A stretch of DNA of 27,176 nt, taken from IMG/VR virus record IMGVR_UViG_3300025103_000125, positions 1 through 27,176 of that record. One strand, written 5' to 3'. The position numbers and the translations under genes were made by a program. This stretch comes from a virus. Its lineage: Duplodnaviria; Caudoviricetes. This document shows positions 1 to 5,440 of this stretch, piece by piece (positions within the stretch are counted from its first letter, which is position 1; each line of letters begins with the position of its first letter). Under the pieces are notes generated by a model, which saw nothing but the letters and a program-made list of their open reading frames with translations, had not been told where the DNA came from and did no database searches.

Positions 1-35
1 AGTTCTTTTTTTGTCATGTTGTTTGGGTTTTTCAT
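1..35 (-). CDS. 5' end of a truncated hypothetical gene (MKNPNNMTKKE...)
   Basis: ATG at 35..33 with GGTG shortly upstream on the minus strand; open frame runs off the window edge; not in the ORF track. Confidence 0.35.
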   Translation of the reverse strand, partial: MKNPNNMTKKE

Positions 36-48
36 ATCGACACCATTT

Positions 49-87
49 TGAGAAAAGAAAGTGAGGGGGCAACTTGCGCTGCCCCTT
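49..87 (-). terminator. Intrinsic terminator of the divergent gene
   Basis: Minus strand reads GGGGCAGC-GCAA-GTTGCCCC, then CTCACTTTCTTTTCTC, just after the TAA at 95. Confidence 0.75.
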
Positions 88-94
88 GTTGTTG

Positions 95-568
95 TTACTT
101 GCGCTTTGCTAAGAAAGCTGCGGTTGCCGCTACGCCTGTTGGCTTTCGCCCGCCTGTTTCTTTCGGGATATATTTAAAGCCTTGCGTGGTGGCAAAGCTT
201 TTGCGGGTGATGTCGCGCAGTAGCAGGAGTTGATTTACGTTAATCGCTTTCTCGTCGATCTTGCGTTGCAGTTCTTCCATCTCTTCGTCGTAGTTTGCTT
301 TGTTGGGGTTCTCCGCAAGTACAACCTTGTCAGCTTCAAAGGTGCTTAGTTGGTCTTGCTGATAGGGCAACATGAAATCCACCATGCGGCAAAGTTGGGT
401 TGCGATGTTGCGCCCTTGGTATTCGTCGCCACCTGCAAAGCACATTGTCAAAGCTTCGCAAGCTTCTAGTCCGATGCGGCGTTGTACGTCCGTGTTGATG
501 ACCATTTCATCTGAGGCAACGTTGGTGCTGCCGTCTGCGTTGTGCGTTTCTACATTCAATTTAGCCAT
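95..568 (-). CDS. Hypothetical protein, 157 aa (MAKLNVETHN...), divergently transcribed, probably early
   Basis: AAGGAG at 582..577 precedes the ATG at 568, which is preferred over the track start at 697; followed by a terminator; no recognisable family. Confidence 0.8.
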   Translation of the reverse strand: MAKLNVETHNADGSTNVASDEMVINTDVQRRIGLEACEALTMCFAGGDEYQGRNIATQLCRMVDFMLPYQQDQLSTFEADKVVLAENPNKANYDEEMEELQRKIDEKAINVNQLLLLRDITRKSFATTQGFKYIPKETGGRKPTGVAATAAFLAKRK

Positions 569-609
569 GATCTTAACTCCTTTATCTAGATCGGTTGCTG
601 TTTTTCTTC

Positions 610-931
610 GATTTGGCTTGACCCAAAGTCGGGGGTGGCCGCAGGTTCGTCTTAAAGCATCGGACTTGGCTGCACAGCAACGCGCAAGCGTTGCCACTAA
701 ACAGGGCGCAGCACAACTAAAACGCAGCTTCCAAGATCAACCTGATTTGCGGAAGGTTCATACGCCACCGTCTGCCCGACTCACACACGCCAAGACAAGC
801 CAAGAAGCACAACATGAGGGATAGCAGACGGAACACTAAGAATGTATGAAGGCCGCCAATCTGGTTGATCTTGGCAAGCCGTTGCTTTATGACGGTTCTG
901 CAACCCCCGACTTTGGCGTCTTAGCCAAATC
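610..931 (+). ncRNA. Candidate rod-like structured RNA of about 320 nt (long imperfect fold-back with one side branch)
   Basis: Nested pairings 610-618/923-931, 623-636/903-916, 641-663/879-901, 731-752/853-874, 757-763/844-850, 768-775/824-831; side hairpin GCAACGC-GCAA-GCGTTGC at 677-694; G-U and U-U pairs and the GNRA loop favour the + strand. Confidence 0.65.
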
Positions 932-939
932 TTTTTATT

Positions 940-994
940 AGAGTATTTTCGCAAGAAAATTCAGTATTCTTTTTCTTGTTTGTTTGATCTTTTT
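940..994 (+). terminator. GCAA-tetraloop hairpin followed by T-rich tract (possible terminator of the structured RNA)
   Basis: ATTTTC-GCAA-GAAAAT at 945-960, extendable by AGAGTA/TATTCT, then TTTTCTTGTTTGTTT; stem is AT-rich and weak. Confidence 0.4.
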
Positions 995-1046
995 AAAGGT
1001 CATTTGGTCAAGCTTAACAAGCTTGTCTCTCGGAAGAGCTAACGGA

Positions 1047-1184
1047 GTGACATGATTGGGACAATCATTCTTGTACACTGCATCAGGCAATGAACTGTGA
1101 ATAGCGTATCGCCTATCCTCACTAGGCCAATGCGATACTCACGGCCCACAGGCCGCAGAGACACTTGTGGCTCTGTCTTTGATG
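1047..1184 (+). ncRNA. Second structured element: hairpin plus four-way junction
   Basis: ATGATTG/CAATCAT (1052-1068); CATCAGG/TTTGATG (1081-1087/1178-1184) enclosing GTATCGC/GCGATAC, GGCC-CACA-GGCC and GCAGAG/CTCTGT. Confidence 0.45.
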
Positions 1185-1233
1185 AGTAGCGCGGTTTTGC
1201 AAAGAAGAGAGCGAAGCACAATTAAATGCAAAA

Positions 1234-1303
1234 TTGCCCCAAATTACGTCAATGCTTTTGGCAAGGTGTGACCCCACGTAATTGGCAAGGTTACGTTACG
1301 TCA
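1234..1303. promoter_or_regulatory. Cluster of TTACGT boxes (operator- or iteron-like)
   Basis: TTACGT at 1244, 1291, 1296 (+) and 1276-1281 (-); TTGGCAAGG twice (1258, 1282); AATTACGT/ACGTAATT inverted pair. Confidence 0.45.
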
Positions 1304-1306
1304 CTA

Positions 1307-1337
1307 TTGACAGCGCATTAAGGAATAGTGCTATCGT
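1307..1337 (+). promoter_or_regulatory. Possible sigma70-type promoter for terS
   Basis: Perfect TTGACA (1307-1312) and TGcTATCGT extended -10 (1329-1337); the 19-nt spacer is long; overlapped by CACTATT/AATAGTG inverted repeat. Confidence 0.4.
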
Positions 1338-1360
1338 GGGGGGAGAGAGGGAGAGGGGGG
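1338..1360 (+). repeat. Polypurine mirror repeat
   Basis: GGGGGGAGAG-AGG-GAGAGGGGGG: perfect 10-nt mirror arms, purines only. Confidence 0.85.
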
Positions 1361-1379
1361 CAAGCGAATGAGATATACA

Positions 1380-1475
1380 ATGAATCTTTCTTTATGATGC
1401 TTGCACCATCTAGCAAACACAGACAGCAACAGTTAGTTATGTGCGTGTCATCAGCATAGAAGAAAGGATTTTCAT
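1380..1475 (+). promoter_or_regulatory. Leader hairpin occluding the terS ribosome-binding site
   Basis: ATGAA/TTCAT, TCTTTCTTTATG/CATAGAAGAAAGG, TGCAC/GTGCG and CTAGC/GTTAG; the stem ends one base before the ATG at 1476. Confidence 0.55.
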
Positions 1476-1850
1476 ATGATTCCAGTGACCCGAAAGCTAA
1501 CCGATAAACAGACCGCTTTGGTAGACACCATTGTAGCAAAGGGATGCACATTGGCTCAAGCCGCAGAGCTAGCAGGATACAGTAAGGGCGAGTCTGGAAG
1601 AGTGACTGCTACCAAGACTATGAAGTTGCCCCATGTGCAGCAGTACCTGATGCAGAGGATGAATGAAGAATTTGGAATGAGTGCTACCCTAGCAGCTGGA
1701 ACTATTAGAAGGCTAGCAACAGGGGCTAAGTCTGAGTATGTCCAGTTGGAAGCCAGTAAGGATTTGCTGGATCGTGCAGGGTATAAACCTATTGACCGTT
1801 CTCAAGTGCAGGTGGCAGGAGACATACGTGTATCTATTGACCTTGGTTGA
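1476..1850 (+). CDS. terS: Terminase small subunit
   Basis: KLTDKQ...AAELAGYS...PHVQQY HTH pattern, C-terminal LEASKDLLDRAGYK; AAAGGA RBS; upstream of terL. Confidence 0.85.
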   Translation: MIPVTRKLTDKQTALVDTIVAKGCTLAQAAELAGYSKGESGRVTATKTMKLPHVQQYLMQRMNEEFGMSATLAAGTIRRLATGAKSEYVQLEASKDLLDRAGYKPIDRSQVQVAGDIRVSIDLG

Positions 1851-1989
1851 TCTTCGCTGCGTTTGCCAGAAAACGACCTGCAATGCTTGGGCTTAGGTAG
1901 GGGGGTGGGGGAAAAGTTGCGGTTGAAAACTGTAAGGGGGTCTACCACTCACATTATTTCCCTTCAGAGCTTGCCCACGAATGTGGGCT

Positions 1990-2029
1990 AATTTGTGCAT
2001 TGTCAAAAATATTTTTATCTGCATAAGGT
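1990..2029 (+). promoter_or_regulatory. Putative late promoter, copy 1 of ARTTTGTGCRTTG
   Basis: AATTTGTGCATTG at 1990-2002; TTGTCA-N18-TAAGGT; preceded by GCCCAC-GAAT-GTGGGC hairpin at 1973-1988. Confidence 0.6.
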
Positions 2030-2035
2030 TCTGAC

Positions 2036-2146
2036 ATGAGTAGATTTGATCGTACCCCAGAGAAGCAGCCAGAGAGGGCTGACATGACTGTCGCCAAGGC
2101 TGCTCTCAAGAGTGGTGGATACTTAAGGAAGAAAAAAGATGAGTAA
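2036..2146 (+). CDS. Small hypothetical protein, 36 aa (MSRFDRTPEKQPERADMTVAKAALKSGGYLRKKKDE)
   Basis: Translated by hand; below the ORF-track cutoff; fills the gap after the promoter motif and overlaps the next start. Confidence 0.6.
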   Translation: MSRFDRTPEKQPERADMTVAKAALKSGGYLRKKKDE

Positions 2147-2447
2147 GAAATTAAATCGTGCTGCTGTTGTTCGTCGCAAGCGCAATGAGATTCAACAGCA
2201 AATTTCCAGCCATGAATCCTTCCTAGATAAGCTTGAAGCAGGTTTTGATGTTGTTTCTCCATTTGAGCAGCAATCGGCAGCTAGGCACGCAAGGGATCAA
2301 ATAAAGTCCTTGAAGCTTAAGCTTAAGAAGCTAGGCGGCAAAGTGGTTAAGAAATCAAGCGGCAAAGGCGGCGGCGGTATGTACTCTCCTAGCAAGCCTC
2401 TCAAAGATCAGTCTTTGCTATCTATGGCTAAGAAGAGGCAGATGTAG
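2139..2447 (+). CDS. Small basic hypothetical protein
   Basis: AAGGA upstream; coupled to neighbours; Lys/Arg-rich. Confidence 0.75.
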   Translation: MSKKLNRAAVVRRKRNEIQQQISSHESFLDKLEAGFDVVSPFEQQSAARHARDQIKSLKLKLKKLGGKVVKKSSGKGGGGMYSPSKPLKDQSLLSMAKKRQM

Positions 2448-2713
2448 TGCCAAGTGGTAAGAATTATGTCCGCGATTATTCTATGTCTGGCGAGGGCAAG
2501 TACGACAAGTCGCCTAAACGGATGGCGGCTAACAGGGCAAGGAAGAAGGCTCGTTACAAGTTGGAGAAGTCTGGCAAGGCCAAGCGGAATGATGGCAAGG
2601 ATGTAGACCACAAGAATGGCAATCCGCAAGACAACTCTTCTAAGAATTTGCGCTCTATAGCTAGGGCGGCTAATCGGTCTATTAAAAGGAACGCTAAAGC
2701 AGGAAAGGCTTAG
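2447..2713 (+). CDS. Small HNH-type (His-Me finger) endonuclease
   Basis: DGKDVDHKNGNPQDNSSKNLR...ANRS motif; GTG start overlapping the previous TAG; between terS and terL. Confidence 0.75.
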   Translation: MPSGKNYVRDYSMSGEGKYDKSPKRMAANRARKKARYKLEKSGKAKRNDGKDVDHKNGNPQDNSSKNLRSIARAANRSIKRNAKAGKA

Positions 2714-2715
2714 TT

Positions 2716-2898
2716 ATGTGTGGCGGTGGTAAAAGCGCAGAAGACTACTATAAGGAAATGAAGATTGACTATGGCCCTCTTCCTTCTTTGCTTCAAAGCA
2801 AGATTAAAAGAAGCAAGCCTAAGATGAAGGATGTTCCAAAGCCAAGCGGCGGCGCGATGCAGTCTTCAATGCTTACAGCGCTAAAGAGTAAATACTGA
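2716..2898 (+). CDS. Small basic protein with Met-Cys start (MCGGG), possibly virion-associated
   Basis: In-operon, coupled to next gene (TGATG). Confidence 0.7.
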   Translation: MCGGGKSAEDYYKEMKIDYGPLPSLLQSKIKRSKPKMKDVPKPSGGAMQSSMLTALKSKY

Positions 2899-3197
2899 TG
2901 CCTAATCCACAAAAGCCAGAAGATCGTTTTAATTACCGCTATACCGTTTTGACTGATGCGGCTGACGCTATTGAGAATGAACTTAAAGGTAAATACCCTT
3001 ATAAAGCCAAGCGGCTTTTTGCGAGGTACTTTAAAGGCAAGAAGTTTGAAGACAACATGGAAGAAGCGAGGAAGCTTGGTCAAAGAACTATAACTGCTCG
3101 TCACCATTCTTTGCTACAGCGAATAAAAAAAATGGAACGGCAGATGTTTAAGTCTGACGCAAAGCAGCAAGAGGCTGACAGGGATAAAATACCATAG
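2898..3197 (+). CDS. Hypothetical basic protein
   Basis: Coupled start; co-oriented in the operon. Confidence 0.7.
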   Translation: MPNPQKPEDRFNYRYTVLTDAADAIENELKGKYPYKAKRLFARYFKGKKFEDNMEEARKLGQRTITARHHSLLQRIKKMERQMFKSDAKQQEADRDKIP

Positions 3198-3206
3198 GGA
3201 GGAATC

Positions 3207-3437
3207 ATGGCTTTTTATATTGCACACACTAACGAACTTTGGACTGGCGAAACCCATACGATTGCAGGGATTCATTATACTGGCAAGACGCGCATGGCTG
3301 ATAGCAAGCGTTTGGTTGAAGGGCCAGAGCCAGTGAAGGCAAGAACAGCCAAGGGGTCGTACAAGGCTGACAATCCTTCTACGCCTGACATTGATGAATC
3401 GAAAGCTGCGCCTAAAAAGAAAAAGAAAAAGAAGTGA
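3207..3437 (+). CDS. Hypothetical protein with poly-Lys C-terminus
   Basis: GGGAGG RBS; KARTAKGSYKADNPSTPDIDES segment resembles a motif I recall from small marine phage proteins. Confidence 0.8.
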   Translation: MAFYIAHTNELWTGETHTIAGIHYTGKTRMADSKRLVEGPEPVKARTAKGSYKADNPSTPDIDESKAAPKKKKKKK

Positions 3438-3634
3438 GCTTTACTTCTACAATTACTCAACAAGACCGTGATATGCTTCGCGGCATTGTTCGCAAGGTTC
3501 ATCTATCAAGCGTCATTGCAAAGCATGGGCATCACTTTGTTACCGACCATGAGTGCGATAAGCTGATTGATAGCATTGCCCCAGAGGTGGTTGAAAATAT
3601 GATTCGCTCTGGAGTGGACAAAGGGCTTAGATGA
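3434..3634 (+). CDS. Hypothetical protein immediately upstream of terL
   Basis: GTGA overlap with the previous gene and ATGA overlap with terL. Confidence 0.75.
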   Translation: MSFTSTITQQDRDMLRGIVRKVHLSSVIAKHGHHFVTDHECDKLIDSIAPEVVENMIRSGVDKGLR

Positions 3635-5151
3635 TAGACTTCAAATACAAACCCGATGGGGAAGTCCTCAAGGGATTTATGAAAGACGATACATTCTTTC
3701 GTGGCGTAAGAGGGCCAGTCGGTTCTGGCAAATCCGTTGGCTGTTGTGTAGAAGTGTTTCGCCGCGCAATCCAACAGGGCAAAGGGCCAGACGGAATCCG
3801 CAAAAGCCGATGGGCAATCATTCGTAATACCAATCCTCAACTTAGAACTACCACCATCAAGACATGGCTTGACTGGTTTCCAGAATCAGACTGGGGCAAG
3901 TTCACTTGGTCAGTGCCATATACGCATCACATTAAGAAGGGCGACATTGACCTTGAGGTTATCTTCTTAGCCTTAGACCGCCCCGAAGATGTGAAGAAAT
4001 TGCTATCCTTAGAACTGACTGGCGTTTGGATTAATGAAGCTAGAGAAATTGCCAAGAGCATTATTGACGCTTGCACTATGCGTGTTGGGCGTTTTCCTTC
4101 TATGCGTGATGGCGGCCCTACTTGGACTGGTGTCATTGCCGATACCAACGCACCCGAAGAAGATCACTGGTGGCCGATTATGGCAGGTGAAGTTCCAGTG
4201 CCAGATCATATACCGCGTGAGCAAGCTAAGATGTTGGTTAAGCCAGACAACTGGTCTTTCTATACCCAACCCTGCGGTATGGTTGAGAAGAAGGGTGAAG
4301 AGGGCGAGATAGAAGACTACGAGCCAAATCCTAAGGCTGAAAACACCAAGAACATGCTCAAGAGTTATTATTCCAATTTGATAAGGGGTAAGACTAAATC
4401 ATGGATAGATGTGTATGTGATGAATCGTCTGGGCCACATCCAAGATGGAAAACCTGTCTATCCGATGTTTGCAGCAGAAGTGCACATAGCAAAAGAAGAA
4501 ATACCAGTAGCTGCAAATTCTCCAGTATATGTTGGCGTGGACTTTGGCTTGACCCCTGCGGCAGTGCTTGGACAAAAGGTTCGAGGGCGATGGTTTATTC
4601 AATCCGAAATTGTGGCCGTAGACATGGGCATCGTGCGTTTTGCCGAAGTTCTTAGAAACGAGCTAGCTATAAGGTTTGCGGCAGCGTCGGAAGTAATAAT
4701 CTATGGCGACCCCGCAGGTGATTTCCGCGCACAGACTGATGAATCTACTCCATTTCACATCTTGCGCGGAGCAGGTTTGAGGGCGTTCCCTGCGCCTTCC
4801 AACTCCGTTGACCTTCGGCTTGAGTCAGTCTCCTCCCAATTGACTAAGATGGTCGAAGGTAAACCTGCTTTATTAATTGATCGCAGATGCCCACAGCTAA
4901 TCAAAGGCTTTGAGGGCGGCTATGCGTACAAGCGCATGGAAGTTTCTGGCGAAAGGTACGCAGACAAGCCAGACAAGAATATGTTTAGCCACGTTCACGA
5001 TGCTGCACAGTATCTTTTCTTGGGTGCAGGTGAGGGTCGAGCGCTTATGAATACACAAAAACCTGCAAAGGTATCTGTTGCAAGGCGTAGCTTTGATGTC
5101 TTTTCTAAGCAGTCACGCACTAAAAAGCAGGGGTTTTGGGCAAGAATGTAG
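3631..5151 (+). CDS. terL: Terminase large subunit
   Basis: Walker A GPVGSGKS, Walker B GVWINE, coupling motif DTN, RNase H-like nuclease VGVDFG ... HVHDA. Confidence 0.95.
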   Translation: MIDFKYKPDGEVLKGFMKDDTFFRGVRGPVGSGKSVGCCVEVFRRAIQQGKGPDGIRKSRWAIIRNTNPQLRTTTIKTWLDWFPESDWGKFTWSVPYTHHIKKGDIDLEVIFLALDRPEDVKKLLSLELTGVWINEAREIAKSIIDACTMRVGRFPSMRDGGPTWTGVIADTNAPEEDHWWPIMAGEVPVPDHIPREQAKMLVKPDNWSFYTQPCGMVEKKGEEGEIEDYEPNPKAENTKNMLKSYYSNLIRGKTKSWIDVYVMNRLGHIQDGKPVYPMFAAEVHIAKEEIPVAANSPVYVGVDFGLTPAAVLGQKVRGRWFIQSEIVAVDMGIVRFAEVLRNELAIRFAAASEVIIYGDPAGDFRAQTDESTPFHILRGAGLRAFPAPSNSVDLRLESVSSQLTKMVEGKPALLIDRRCPQLIKGFEGGYAYKRMEVSGERYADKPDKNMFSHVHDAAQYLFLGAGEGRALMNTQKPAKVSVARRSFDVFSKQSRTKKQGFWARM

Positions 5152-5190
5152 TTTGTGCATTGTGATTTATCTTGTTCTATGGTTACGAAT
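5150..5190 (+). promoter_or_regulatory. Putative late promoter, copy 2 of ARTTTGTGCRTTG
   Basis: AGTTTGTGCATTG at 5150-5162 directly at the terL stop, followed by an AT-rich spacer and TTACGAAT. Confidence 0.6.
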
Positions 5191-5212
5191 GTAAAAAATA
5201 AAGGAGCGCGTT

Positions 5213-5440
5213 ATGTGTTTTGGGCCTTCAAAAGAAGAGAAGAAAGTTGCTGCTGAACAGCGCGTTGAGGCAGATGCAGCGGAGCAAAAAGTAAAAGAAG
5301 TATCTGCTACTCAAAAGCGCGAAGACATCCAAGAAGCTATTGAGTCAGGCACTGAACGCCGAGGTGGTATGCGCGGTGGCGCAGGTCGCAGATCGCTTAT
5401 GAGAGCAGCTGGTCAAGGATTTTTAGGTAGGTTTAGCTAA
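5213..5440 (+). CDS. Small virion protein, T7 gp6.7/gp7.3-like by position and termini
   Basis: AAGGAG RBS; MCFGP start, GAGRRSLM near the C-terminus; directly before the portal. Confidence 0.6.
   Translation: MCFGPSKEEKKVAAEQRVEADAAEQKVKEVSATQKREDIQEAIESGTERRGGMRGGAGRRSLMRAAGQGFLGRFS

Noticed and set aside
569-697. N-terminal extension of the minus-strand ORF
   Set aside because: The strong RBS marks ATG 568; the extension lies in the inverted-repeat arm.
372-824. 150-aa + strand ORF
   Set aside because: Antisense shadow of the 95-568 gene running into the structured region; no convincing RBS or protein-like features.
1081-1184. tRNA interpretation of the four-way junction
   Set aside because: No T-loop or D-loop consensus, no 7-nt anticodon loop, no CCA.
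1178-1217. Hammerhead-like TGATGAG...CGAAG
   Set aside because: Core deviates (T for C3, GAAG for GAAA) and I cannot build stems I and III.
1039-1551. Short minus-strand ORFs 1039-1221 and 1318-1551
   Set aside because: No RBS, atypical composition, and overlap with structured/regulatory DNA and terS.
3413-3433. (AAAAAG)3 repeat as slippage site
   Set aside because: Explained by the poly-Lys tail; the next gene has its own overlapping GTG start.
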